Origin: Hemiscyllium ocellatum
Lineage: Eukaryota
DNA length: 64,000 bases
Direction: 5' to 3'
Assembly (NCBI RefSeq): GCF_020745735.1
Contig: NC_083409.1
Span: forward strand, 73,552,048-73,616,047
The translations under genes were made by a program, and so were the position numbers. Below, one piece after another: positions 1 through 45,900 of the stretch (the first letter of the stretch is position 1; every line of letters starts with the position of its first letter). The notes beneath the pieces are model-generated. The model did no database searches. It was not told the DNA's origin and saw nothing but the letters and a program-made list of their open reading frames with translations.

Positions 1-37
1 AAGTTGTTCTCATTCTTCAAGTCATTATCGTGCTCAC

Positions 38-103
38 TTGCTTGGCAGTCGCTACGCCTTGGCCTTTGCTCGGCGGCTTCTTCTTGTTTTTTCCTGTAAA
101 CAT
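38..103 (-). CDS. CC2D1B: CC2D1B (Lgd homolog) first coding exon; gene continues off the window's left edge
   Basis: ATG at 103 (GCACC-ATG) gives MFTGKNKKKPPSKGQGVATAKQ followed by a GTGAG donor. This resembles the vertebrate CC2D1B N-terminus (GQGVAAAKQ), and CC2D1B neighbours ORC1 in human. Confidence 0.85.
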
Positions 104-480
104 GGTGCATCTGACAGGCGCAAACCCACGAGAAACTTAGCAGCAGAAAGAGAAGAAAAAAAACAAGCTGTCGGGTTTAAAAACAACAACTTCCGCCAAG
201 TGACACTACGTGACGGACTCAGGAGGATGGAGTAGTGCACACGCTAACCCCACAGGGAGAGTCTGGGCCCGAGGCGCCACTTTCGTCGAAGAACGCGCGC
301 GTCCGGCGGTTGATTCTGCGCAAACTCAATACAACACGTTTATTCTGTCTGGTCGGCTTCGCCCCGTCATTGATCTTTGCAAACCTTTCACGTCTCTTGC
401 CCCTTCTGCTTTAACACAATATATTCAAAGCGGCAGGGCGCTCGATTTTCGAGTGAAAAAGGCTTGCATTCATTTGGCAT
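104..480 (-). promoter_or_regulatory. CpG-rich promoter/5'UTR region of CC2D1B
   Basis: Local CpG enrichment (e.g. GAACGCGCGCGTCCGGCGG) directly upstream of the ATG, in otherwise CpG-poor DNA. Confidence 0.55.
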
Positions 481-504
481 GTTTGTGTCTTTGAGGCTAC
501 CAAT

Positions 505-1150
505 GTATGCAATCAGGTCCCGGACCTTCCCTGCGGCTTGCCACTTCAACACACAACCCTGCTCCCATGCCCGTCCTTGGCCTGCTGCAATGTTCCAGTG
601 AAGCTCAACGCAAACTGGAAGAGCAGCATCTCATCTTCCGATTAGGCACGTTACAACATTGAATTCAACAACTCTAGATAATTTTATTTCATTTATCTTT
701 TTTATATTTTTTTCACTGTTCTGTACCTCTTATTTCTTGATTGTCTCCCTTTCTCTCGCTCCCCACTCTCAACATCTTTTTCTCTCCTCTTTCCCCTTTG
801 CTACCCTTCTCCCGTTTTCCATTTTGCCTCTGCTTCATCCCTCCCCCCCCCCCATATTTTGTCACACAGCACTGGCTTCAGCCTTGGTCATTCACAGCTC
901 CTAATCTCCCTCTGCGCTGTTATTATCATTTCTTTATTACTACCTTTGTTTCTGGAGCCATGACTCACCTTCTCTCAGCCTCATATAAAAACCTCCCTAT
1001 TTCTCCCCTTTTTTTTAAGCTTTGACAAAGGATCAGTTAGACTCGAAACGTCAGCTCTCCTCTTCTTACAGATACTGCCAGACCTGCTGAGATTTTCCAG
1101 CATTTTCTCTTTTGGTTTCAGATTCCAGCATCCACAATAACTTGCTTTTA
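505..1150 (+). mobile_element. Penelope-like element 3' fragment (end of GIY-YIG region, pyrimidine-rich UTR, decayed HHR, tail)
   Basis: ACHFNTQPCSHA and EAQRKLEEQHLIFRLGTLQ motifs; decayed HHR at 1018-1056; tail CTGCCAGACCTGCTGAGATTTTCCAGCA. Confidence 0.75.
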
Positions 1151-2929
1151 TCCAATGTATTTTCATAGCCGCTTGCCAGGTGGCAGCCAAATGATCAGCA
1201 AACATCTCAAACAGAGGAAAAGATTAACAAGTAAATGTTTGTGGAAGTAGCTAAACAGTGTGAGATAAGGAAATAGTTTCCATGATTGATTTATATGGGA
1301 AAAGATGGAAATTGCAATGGAGCCTAGTCACCGGTTTTGTATTGTACATCACATGTATGGAACATGTTTCACTGGTGTTGGGGGATCCCTACTCTTTGAA
1401 TATTGCTACAAGATCTTTTCCATCAATTTACGGTGGAAAGTGGATCTCAATTTAACATTTTCTTAGAAATATATACCACTGAGTGTATCACTTGACTATA
1501 GTTTGAGCATCAACTCTCATATTCAATGCCTTTCAATGAACTCAGGACTGTTAGATACATTGAACATTTAAGATTCCTGTGTTCGTCTACACTTGTCAAT
1601 ATTACCTTTTATAGCTCATTAAGGCATGATTCAGCACACTTAAATGAAGAGCTACAAATATTTGTTGCCTTTTCCACTTTGAACCCATCTGAATAAAAAC
1701 AATAGCAGTTTTTTGCAGCAAGCCAATTAGAAGTACAGTACACTTTGTTGATCTGGCTGTTTATATTGACCACATTAAAGCAATGATTTGGATCAACATT
1801 CAGAAAAGACAAAAAAACTATGCATGTGTAATTTGTATATATAAGCACAATTGAGTAAAACATGAGAATTTGGGTGCCAAAGTTCTCAAAACTGTTCCTA
1901 CTGTATTTTCCTTATCTGGATGTTTGGACATGATGATAGAGACTAATTTAAGAATCAAAACAATTACTCCATTGTTGCACTAAATAATTCAAACGCAAAC
2001 TACATGAACTTTGTTTATTTTCCTTCAGCAGGAAAATCAAGAAATTTAAATCACCATGCACAAACTTAAGTGTTTATAGGAGTATAAAACTCCTGTGTAA
2101 ATGAATAGATCTCACAAAATTTGCATCCTGGCCTTTCTCCAATTCAATGTTGCGCTTTTATGAGGCTACTGGTTTCCATTCCCCATTTGTTTGTAGTGTG
2201 TAGAATTGCCAATGGCAGTGAAAGTAAGTTTTATATGAATTGGGGCATTTAATGTTAAGAAAGTGGCTTACATATAATTTAAAGTATTTAATGGAAAACA
2301 AGGGGCAATTTTGAACATGGATGGTCTTATTGCAATATATACAACCAATGAACAGTATTTCTATTTTGAGAGACATCATAAAACTTCATTTTTTTAAAAA
2401 CCTATATTCCAAACTTTGGACTCATTGCATTTTGACACAATCCATAAAACCTCAGATTCTCAGAGTTTGACTTCACTCTCCACAAATTAAAAGATTAAGC
2501 CTGTCGATATTTATTGATAAGGGTTCATTCTGTTTCACTGGTCAGGTAAAATTAAATAACTAAATATTACTGTCAGTGAGCATATCATGGTTGAAAGAAA
2601 TTTTGCATTTTTCATTAATAAAAATAATAACACACTCAGCACTTCACAGGAAGGAAATAAGCAGTCACCCTCAGGCAGGTTTCATGCAACATCTAACAGT
2701 TCACTTGGAATCAGAGAATCCCTACAGTGTAGGGAATTCCACCTTAAACCCCACATTTCCCATGGCTAATCCATCTAGTCTGCACATCCCTGGACACCAT
2801 GGGCCAATTGAATTGAATTTATTGTCACGTGTACCGAGGCACAGTGAAAAGCTTTGTCTTGTGAGCAACATAGGCAGATCACATAGTTAAATAGCATAGA
2901 TAAGTAAATAATAAGCAAACAGCATAGCC

Positions 2930-3090
2930 AATCCATCAGATCTCCACATCTTTAGTTTGTGGGAGAAAATCAGATGAAACCCATGAAGACACTGGAAGAA
3001 TATGCAAACTCCACACAAACAGTTGCCCAAGGGTGGAATAAAACCTGGGTTCCTAGTGGTGCGAGACAAGAGTGGTAACTACTGAGCCAT
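2930..3090 (-). mobile_element. HE1-like SINE fragment
   Basis: Diverged match to the SINE copies at 25441 and 40204 (TGCAAACTCCACACA..., ACTGAGCCA). Confidence 0.6.
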
Positions 3091-3271
3091 CCGGGCTGCA
3101 CAGGAACATGTTACTTGCCTTTGTTAAGAAACAGTGTATAACACGGGGAATAAGGTGGGAAATAAATAACATTTAGTATGTAGAGAAATAGCACAGTGTA
3201 ATACAGCACTTGTGCTCTTGTATTAAGCTCCATTGAAAATGCCAAAACATGTAATGCAGATTTAAGAATTT

Positions 3272-3277
3272 TTTATT
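3272..3277 (-). terminator. candidate ORC1 polyadenylation signal AATAAA
   Basis: TTTATT on the plus strand ~140 nt past the ORC1 stop. Confidence 0.5.
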
Positions 3278-3417
3278 ATACAAAGACCTTAAAATAACAT
3301 TGTCCCTAAAGTTTCTATAGAAAAATCTAAAGTTGTTAAAAAGATTAATATTGGATAAGAATTACACTATTAAAACCACATTGTACAGTTTATATTGCAT
3401 TACAGAAATTTAACAAA

Positions 3418-36287
<32,870 letters not shown>

Positions 36288-36522
36288 TTCAGCCACGTTT
36301 CAGTAAAATTCAGATTATAAAAACTAAAATTAAATAACACTCATAGACTCGTCTCCATCGAACTTCTTCTGCTCAACTCGGAAGAAACATCAATTCAAAT
36401 ACTCGTGCAAATATTCCAAATCACAAGAATGAAAAGTGACTCCAGCCCAAGAAGCTCTCCGCTATCTTCAACTACGGAAATATTAGCTCCGACCTCCACA
36501 ACGTCCAACCGAAATGCAACGT

Positions 36523-36530
36523 TTTCGCGC
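36523..36530 (+). promoter_or_regulatory. E2F consensus site TTTCGCGC
   Basis: Exact TTTSSCGC match; ORC1 is an established E2F target. Confidence 0.7.
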
Positions 36531-36588
36531 CATTCCAGCGACAACGCAAACTATTCTGGGGGCAGTAAAATGAAACGACAGGAAGACT

Positions 36589-36777
36589 GCCTGGCCGCGA
36601 GAGGCGCTATTACCGGAGAGTCCGCCCGGCCGCGGGAGGCGCTATTACCGGAGAGTCCGCCCGGCCGCGGGAGGCGCTATTACCGGAGAGTCCGCCCGGC
36701 CGCGGGAGGCGCTATGACCGGAGAGTCCGCCCGGCCGCGGGAGGCGCTATGACCGGAGAGTCTGCCCGGCCGTGGGA
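36589..36777. repeat. 35-bp GC-rich minisatellite, ~5.3 copies
   Basis: GAGGCGCTAT(T/G)ACCGGAGAGTCCGCCCGGCCGCGG starting at 36601, 36636, 36671, 36706, 36741. Confidence 0.97.
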
Positions 36778-36834
36778 TTTTGGGGCTCACCCGCAAGTAC
36801 CGACTGAGGTGGCGCTTTGCCTGTCGGGATTGCT

Positions 36835-36964
36835 ATGGCGAACCGAACTGTGAAAGATGCTCATAGCATCCATGGAACCAACCCACAGTATTTGATCGAG
36901 AAAATTATCCGTACCCGCATCTATGAATCTAAGTACTGGAAGGAGGAATGTTTCGGGTTGACAG
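36835..36964 (+). CDS. PRPF38A: PRPF38A coding exon 1
   Basis: MANRTVKDAHSIHGTNPQYL...ECFGLT; GTGAG donor. Confidence 0.96.
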
Positions 36965-39900
36965 GTGAGAATGAAGACGTACGGTCAAACACTGAGCTTC
37001 AGGACATAATTGTGGCTGGAGTCTGGGCCACTAACTCCTTGTCTAGACAGTAAATGCTTTAGTATTCTCGGCTGTTAGCAGAATCTCGGTTACGACAATG
37101 GCATTTCATATTCCTGTCCTCGTTTGAGTTCGCAGATATATTACGTTTTGCGTTTTAGCTCATTTTGTAGTTTCTCTTGATTGACCAAACCCACTAGCAA
37201 AAACAGAAACTGCTGAAAAATCTTAACAGGTCTGGTAGCATCTGTGGTGAGAAAGTAGAGATAATGTTTCGGGTCCACGGTCACTTCTTCAGCATTCCAC
37301 AGAATCCACTACTTGCTCTGTACCTTCACCTTGTCCATTCAATCCCCTTCATTAAACTTGTACTAGCTTTCGAACTTTCCTCAATTAAATGACCTTTCAA
37401 AACTGCTGCTATCTGCCCCTCAAAAGAAGTTTTACTGTAGACCACCTGTACTCTCCTATTATTCCATTCTTTGTTTTTCTTCACAGCATGTATTAACTCA
37501 CGCAACCTCATTAAATTACATCTCTCCAAATGTTTGTTTGTTCTGCTTACCCATCTCTGCATATTTTTCTATTGATGCCAAATAACCTTCAGCAGAATTT
37601 TGATACTGTGTTGTCATCCAGGAAGAATGTTATCCAGTTTACTAACCCACCATCTCTCAAAATCTTCACATGGAATGAGATAATGTCCATGATATGAAGG
37701 TTGTTATTCTTGGCTAAGATTAAATAAATGAGAGTGGAAGCATGTAAATGCAGACTTGCCTAGTTGGATGATGATGGAGGAGGATGGTGTGGTCAGCCAC
37801 ATCAACAGCTGCAGGCAAGAGGAATGAAGAGGAATATTTAGTATTTGTGGCAATCACTTAGGATGTTGTTTGTGACTTTGATAAAAGTCACTTTATATTG
37901 AGGTAAGAATGATTAGAGGGATTAATGTGCAGACTTCTGAGAAAAATACAACAATTCAAGAGGCAACAGCACAGTCAAGGACTTTGAAAGAAAGGGGGTT
38001 TGGGGGTGGTTTGTAGTTGGCAAAAAATAAGATTTAAATAGTTTGTTATTGATGCAAAGTATGCATTTGTGAAATTCTAGTTCATGCCAAACTCTGCACG
38101 CAACTACATTTAGTCTGTTCATTTTTACACTTTCCTTGCTACAATAATACAAATCTGTTGTGAAATGTTTCAAAAGTTCTCATTTTGTTTAATATGAAAG
38201 CAGATTGATTCAATTATAGATGTTCTATGCTGTATAAATATTGTAGTAAATGGATTTCTTTTTTGTTTCTTAGCGGAATTGGTTGTGGATAAAGCTATGG
38301 AACTGAAATATATTGGTGGCGTCTATGGTGGGAATATTAAACCATCACCATTCCTTTGTCTGACCCTTAAAATGCTTCAAATTCAGCCTGAAAAGGATAT
38401 TATTGTTGAATTTATAAAGAATGAAGATTTTAAGTATGTATGATTTATAGAATCGTAAAATTTATAATTTTATCAATTCCAATGTTCATTGTCCATTTAT
38501 AGACCAGACTGGGGCATAGTGTTAAAGTATAAACAATTAGCCAGAGTTACTGATTCTTTTTACTCTTTGGCATTTCTTGTTGAAAAATGTACATATTGGG
38601 ACCCTGAGAACAAATGCATAGCCAAGTTCTTTGCTATCTGACAATATTAGATTTTTAAAAAAATAAAGTAACTGCTTGCAAATTAAGTTTAATGCATTTT
38701 TTTATTGGTTTTCATCCCAGGTATGTTAGACTGTTGGGTGCATTGTACATGCGACTGACAGGTTCTGCCATTGATTGTTATAAATATCTGGAACCACTCT
38801 ATAATGATTATCGCAAAGTGAAGAGGCAGAAGAGAGACGGAGGTAAAGTTGCTCTCGCCACGAGTAAAAGTGATACCTCATTGCTTTGCAGAATTGAGGG
38901 CCCTGTGGATGAAACTTTGAAAGATTCCTTGATAGAAGAAACAATACTTTGATCACTAATGATGTTTATAGATTTTCACAATTGTGATATTGCTTTAGTC
39001 ACAACAGCTTAACATTGCAATAATTTCTAATCTCAGTTGACTCAAGTATTCACTCTCAGTAACAAAATTCAATTAATTTTTGATGGTTAAATCTTTGAAA
39101 TTCATTACATTATCTTTGATGTAAATTAAACCAGTCCAGAGGTCTAGTGTTTTGAATAATGCTTGAGTCTTTTGTGTTAAGCCAATCTATTATTCTATTA
39201 AGTTAAAAATTAATGAAAGACTGTTAGGTAAACCACGAGAATATTATTAATAGAGGAAAAATAATAATATTGCATCAAACCTAACCAAATGGAAGTCTAA
39301 TTCGAGATAATTTAATTTTATTCCAAGCTGGTTAATCAGTTCTTAAATGGCCACCTTTTACTTATGAGTAATCTACAAATCAAAATGGATCTTCCATTTT
39401 TGATGTTTTATTTTGTTTTTATATTATCTCTTTTTTCTCCTCAAGATTTTGAACTTATTCATGTGGATGAATTTATGGATGAGCTACTTCATGAAGAGCG
39501 AGTTTGTGATATTATCTTGCCCAGACTTCAGGTATAGATTTTTGGAAAGTGATATATTATATGTTTTCTTTCTCTAATTACTTGTATCTACCATTCAGAG
39601 TTGACACCCCTGCATATCCTTCTCGTTAATTGAAAAAGTATGCATGGGCAGATGTCAGGTGGGAGTGGGGTAGTCTATCATTCACCACTATCTTCCATCC
39701 CACAACATGATTAAATAACTTGCCAGTATTCACATTTTAGGCTCATATATAAAGGGTAGCTACTATCATAAGAAAGCAGAGGACTTTTGGTGGCCATGTG
39801 ACCTTACGCACCAAGGCTGCATCTGGATGTCCGAGAACTAGAGATGTTAACTTGTCTTGCAATAAAATGCAGTTTATTTTCCTTGAGGTTACTGACTTTT

Positions 39901-42900
39901 TTTAACAATGAAGGAATAGTTTGGATTTTTATTATGTGATACATACTTGATCCCTCAATGTATACCTTAGCTCTTCACATTCAACTGTGCACACAATGTG
40001 TGCAAATGTTTATCGCTACAGTTATTTGATTTCCTATGGTTTAGCACTTTATCAGTCAAGATAAAGGGCAGTCTTTAAATCCAACAAGATTAGAGAGTGG
40101 AACAGAAGCACTGGACAAAGAGACTATACCAGGAGGGGGAGTTTCTTGGTATGGGTGGTATGGCATTGTTAATGAGGTGTGAAAAATACCTGGAGCCTGG
40201 AAGGGGGCGGCACGGTGGCACAGTGGTTAGCATTGCTGCCTCACAGCGCCTGTAGACCCGGGTTCAATTCCCGACTCAGGCTACTGACTGTGTGGAGTTT
40301 GCACGTTCTCCCCGTGTCTGCGTGGGTTTCCTCCGGGTGCTCCGGTTTCCTCCCACAGTCCAAAGATGTGCGGGTCAGGTGAATTGGCCAAGCTAAAATT
40401 GCCCGTAGTGTTAGGTAAGGGGTAAATGTAGGGGTATGGGTGGGTTGCGCTTCGGCGGGTCGGTGTGGACTTGTTGGGCCGAAGGGCCTGTTTCCACACT
40501 GTAAGTCTAATCTAATCTAAAAATGTTTGTCAAGTGGCTGAATCAGAGGGTCTGGTAAGTACCTCATTGGGAGAGTAGTCATGATTTGGAGATGCCGGTG
40601 TTGGACTGCGGTGTACAAAGTTAAAAATCACACAGCACCAGGTTATAGTCCAACAGGTTTAATTGGAAGCACGCTAGCTTTCGGAGCGACGCTCCTTCAG
40701 CAGATGATTGTGGAGGGCTCGATCGTAACACAGAATGTATAGCAAAAATTTGCAGTGTGATGTAACTGAAATTATACATTGAAAATTGATTGTTAAGCCT
40801 TTCATCTGTTAGAATGCAGGGATAGTTTCATTTCTTTCATGTGTAAACCACAAAACCCTTCTTTTTAAACTTGCATTCTCGGGTTAGCTGCTAACAATGG
40901 TGATAGCTAGACAATATGTTGAAGGTGTTAGCCCCCTGTGTTCTCTGTCTATGACCTGATGTTTAGATTGATTCTAATCTAATAAGTGAGATAACAGATT
41001 GAATTCACCAGTCGGGGAACCAGTCAAAAACTCTTTTGTTCTGCAGAGTACCAAGTCCCTTGAGTATAGTACATGTTTCTTCCATCCAGGTACGATGCTA
41101 GTATTCCATTACACTTCTTGCATGAGCCTTTATAGATAATGGGAAAACATTGGTGGACTTTGCAATGGTGTCACTTTGGATGGCTTCCCTTGTCTGGCAG
41201 TGAGGACTGCAGATGCTGGAGATCAGAGTCTAGATTAGAGTGGTGCTGGAAAAGCACAGCAGGTCAGGCAGTATTGGAGGAGCAGGAAAATCACGTTTCG
41301 AGCAAAAGCCCTTCATCTCTTGTCTGGCACTTGAGTTATGTGAATATATCCTACCATTGTGAACTCAAGACAGGATGCTGTCCAAGTCCTTCAAAGTGTT
41401 ATTGATTGCTTTGTTGTCAGAGAGGTTGCTAATGGTGGTAAACAGAGAAATCAATAGCAGACAACACCCTATTTGATCCCTTGTCGAGCTGGATATCATG
41501 GATGCAGTTGAAGATAATTTGGATAAAGATGCTGCACTAAGACAGCTGACAGAATTGCTTCTGATTTTTTCCAATCAAATAACCTTTAAGTCTTGCTTTC
41601 AGTGTTTAGAAAGGGAAAAGGACATTGAAGGGGGAGGTCACAGGAATCCAAACCACATAGTAAATTGTTAGATTTATATCTGAAAAGCCCATAAATTAGA
41701 ATTATGCAGGTAGAAATATAGTGGTAATGGTTTGCAAAAGTGCAACACTAGTTACATATTTTCAAGGTTTTATCTATACAAGAGTAAAAGAGTACCCCTT
41801 TGCCAAGTGAAACTGCTGCCTGCAGTATGAAAATAAGTTGTTAACATATTCCTAATGTCCAATCAACATGTTCTGAATTTTTCAGCTACAAAGCTTTCAT
41901 TGACCTTGAACTATTCACTGTCAGTGATGTAAATCTGCATTATCATGAGCTATTTTCTCTAGAAACGCTATGTGTTGGAAGAAGCAGAAATGCTGGATGC
42001 TCGAGTCAGTGCATTGGAGGAAGATATGGACGATGTAGACACAAGTGAAGATGAAGATGAGGATGATGATAAGGTTTATATACACCAAATGGTTTTATAT
42101 TTAATTTAATATAATTTTATTTATTGTTTTTAAAAAATGTCTTCAACCATCTTTCTAAGAGGAATAAGTTTATTGTCCTATCATGCACATTTTAAACATC
42201 TTTGAGGATGAATTGTTCCAAACAAGGCAAACTTCAGTCTTCCGGTATATGTTGGTACTAATTAAAGATGTATACCTATCAAAATGACCAGTCACATTAA
42301 TAACCCTAAACACCACACATCTGTTCTTAATAAACTGCATGTATTTCTGTCAATCCAGATTTTATTAAAGATAGGACTGATGTATTTAAGTATTTTTAAC
42401 CTTCAAAACTATCATGAAACTTCCATAATTTAAGGTTTCAGTGCTGTTTTACTGAAATAAATAAATAAATGCTGATATGATTTTTTTTGAGGTAAAACTT
42501 TTTTTAGTATTCGATATATTTGAAGCGGTACTTTAGTTTTTATATTTATAAACATTTTGAACAGCTTTTTTCATGCCTTCTTTCTCCATCCATATCTTAT
42601 CACATATATCACCAAACTTAAATGTTTATTGAGTTTCTACTTGATCGTATGTACAACTTAGGTAGACCTAGGCAGCTTCAGTTTTAAAATCACTTTTTTT
42701 TTTACATTATTTGTATAACAATATGATTCTTCTGGGTGCAGAGACAGAGTTAATTTTGTGTCAGATGACCTCTGTAACTAAGTACTCAGGATGAACAGAA
42801 AAGTCTATTGTGTAACTGTCAATTTCTGCTCTTAATTTTCTGTACATTCTGTACAATAACCTCAAGGGTGACAGAGTTCCATCACCAGAGCCTCCACGAC

Positions 42901-45900
42901 GTGGCTACCGTGATCTTGATCGGCCTCGAAGATCACCATCTCCACGATATCGAAGAAGTCGAAGCAAAACACCAAGACGGTAAGAAAACAGCTGAAGTTT
43001 TAAATTTCCAATGTTTGAAATAAAATACAATGTGGAAATTCACAACCAATAATCAGCATATGAAAAGAAAACAGATAGATTAGCATATCGGTTGTATTTC
43101 CAGCATGTTATGTTTTTATGTCTGATATGCAGCATTTTAAATCTCTTTAGGCCTTGTTTTGCACAAGTGGAAGAATTGTCAATAATTCATTACACAACTG
43201 GCTATTGTGATAAATCTATCCTTTTAAGTTAGGTTTCATTAGTTTTTAGAGTTTAACAGCACTGTGTTAATGTGTGCAGCTGCAGCAATTAATCATAATT
43301 TTGAGAAAAGAGACCAACTTTAACTAAAATTACACTTTTAATCAAAGGAAATGTTCAAAAGTCATAACTTCTTTCTTTCACATTTTACAGACGAAGCAGA
43401 TCCCCTAAGCGAAGAAGGTATGATGATTTCTCATTTCTTGGTATTTTCAGAAACTGAGTATCCATTGTTTTAATTTTCATTTTGCATCTTTGTTTTACTG
43501 AAGCCCATCGCCACGTCGTGAAAGACATCGCAGCAAAAGTCCTAGACGTCATCGTAGTCGATCTAGAGATCGACGTCACAGATCACGATCCAAATCGCCT
43601 GGTACTTTTGTTTTAAACTTCAGTTTGACAACTTGCTTTTTGTACTTTCAAGATTGGATGCTTATATGCAGTCTGTACATTTGATGCTGATATCTGCAAT
43701 GAAGCCTGTAAAAGGAATTGATTTCCTGTGCTGTCCTTTCTAATTTTGCTGATTGATGTCGGACAACCTTTTAAAGACAAACTTTGTGATTGGCTTACAT
43801 CTTATATTGGAATTTAAAGAAGATGTAAACGTGGTGTCTTTGGAGTTCTTTGCTTATGAAATCCAAAATTTGATCAAGACAGCTTGTAACTAAAAAGATT
43901 TAAAAGAAAGGTTGACCAATATCGTAAGAGGGAGTTTAAATCATTGAGAAAAAAAGATAAAGTGGGGCAATCTGAAGAGGAAAATTTCCCAATACGTACT
44001 GAATGCTTGAATGGTCAAAGAGGGAAAGAAATATATGGAAAATTGTCACATCAAAGGAATTCAAACCGGAATTACAAACCTTTCGGAGTCCAAGAAACAA
44101 AATTGACAGTCAAGATTCACTGATGAGATACAAAGCCACTGCGTGACTTGATGTGATATAATTCTAAAAATTTTATTTGCTAAACTCAAAACTTTAAGAG
44201 AAATTAGTTAACTATGGAAGAGCAATTTAATGTTACCATGTATACTACCTGTTTAGTGTCTCAGATGCTTTGTGTCTGTAATGACCATACAAATTAAATA
44301 CCTCCAAATTATGTGTGCTTGAGATTAAAGAATCACAGCTTGTGTGTGTGGTACTCTGGTATTTATGTTACAGGCCAGCAATAGTAGAACATGAGTTAGT
44401 GAGATTTGAGAAGATTTGTAGCTCAGGTTGAGGTTCTGGATGTAGGTTTGCTCGCTGAGCTGGAAGGTTCATTCCAGATGTTTCGTCACCCTACGAGGTA
44501 ACGTCTTCAGTGGGCTTCCGGGCGAAGTACTGCTGATGATTCCTGCTTTCTATTTATATGTTGGATTTATTTGGGTTGGTGATGTCATTTCCTGTTCTTT
44601 TTCTTGGGGTCTAACTCGATGTGTTTGTTCGTAGAGTTCCGCGGGAATGCTATGCTTCTAGGAATTCTTGTGCGTGTCTCTGTTTGGCTTGTCCTAGGAT
44701 GTTGTGTTGTCCCAGTCGAAGTGGTGTCCTTCCTTATCTGTATGTAAGAATACTAGTGAGAGAGGGTCATGTCGTTTTGTGGCTAGTTGATGCTTATGTA
44801 TCCTGGTGGCTAGTTTTCTGCCTGTTTGTCCAATGTTGTGTTTGTTACACTTGCACGGTATTTTGTAAATTGCATTAGTTTTGCTTGTTGTCTGTATAGG
44901 GTCTTTCAAGTTCATTAGCTGCTATTTTATGAGCTTGAAAGACCCTGTACAGACAACAAGCAAAACTAATGTCATTTACAAAATACCATGCAAGAAGTGT
45001 AACATTGGACAAACAGGCAGAAAACTAGTCACCAGGATACATGAACATCAACTAGCCACGAAACGACATGACCCTCTCTCACTAGTATCCCTACATACAG
45101 ATAAAGAAGGACACCACTTCAACTGGGACAACACATCAACCTTGGACCAAACAGAGACACGTGCGAGAATTCCTAGAAGCATGGCATTCCAACCAGAACT
45201 CTATCAACAGACACATCGAGTAAGACCCCATCTACTACCCCTGAGAAAAAGAACCGGAAATGACATCACCGCAGGAAATGACATCACCAACTCAAACATA
45301 TAAATAGAAAGCAGGAATCATCAGTAGTGCTTCGCCCGGTGGCCCTCTGAAGATGTTACCTAGAAGAGTGATAAACGTCTGGAAATGAACCTTCCAGCTC
45401 AGTGAGCAAACGTACATCCAGAACACAAGTTCATATCCCACCTTGGCAGTTTTAAATTATAGCATTATACAGTATAGTAGAGGCCCTTTGGCTAATTAAG
45501 TCTGCATTGACAAAACTACTCAATCTATGCTAGTCCCACTTTTCAGCTCTTGCACCATAGTCTTGAATGTTATGACATTTCAAGTGTTCATCCTTTTTAA
45601 GATTATGAAGTTTCCCATCTCAACTACCCTCCCAGTCAGTGTATTCCAGATTCCTACCACTCTCTGGGTGAAACAATTTTTCCTCGAACCGTCTCTAAAC
45701 CTCCTGTCTTTCACCTTAAAATTATGCCCCCGTGTTATTGACCTTTCAACTAAGACACACAGCTGCTTTCTATCCACCCTACAAACAGGTGTTGAGATGC
45801 AATGTTCTTCGTAATATTATAAACGTCAAAGAGGTCCCTTCTCAGCTTTGGAGAAAACAACCTGAGCTTATCCAATCTCTCTTCATAGCTAAACTGCTCC

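Larger units (their letters stand above)
36288..36834. promoter_or_regulatory. ORC1/PRPF38A bidirectional promoter and 5' UTRs
   Basis: Divergent ATGs at 36287 and 36835; CpG-rich. Confidence 0.85.

Noticed and set aside
36405-36752. 115-aa ORF in the promoter
   Set aside because: Produced by the GC-rich tandem repeat; no recognisable domain.
36589-36777. 35-bp repeats resembling a CRISPR array
   Set aside because: Head-to-tail units with no spacers, in a vertebrate promoter.
40204-40280. tRNA-like sequence
   Set aside because: It is the tRNA-derived head of a SINE, continuous with the SINE body and tail.
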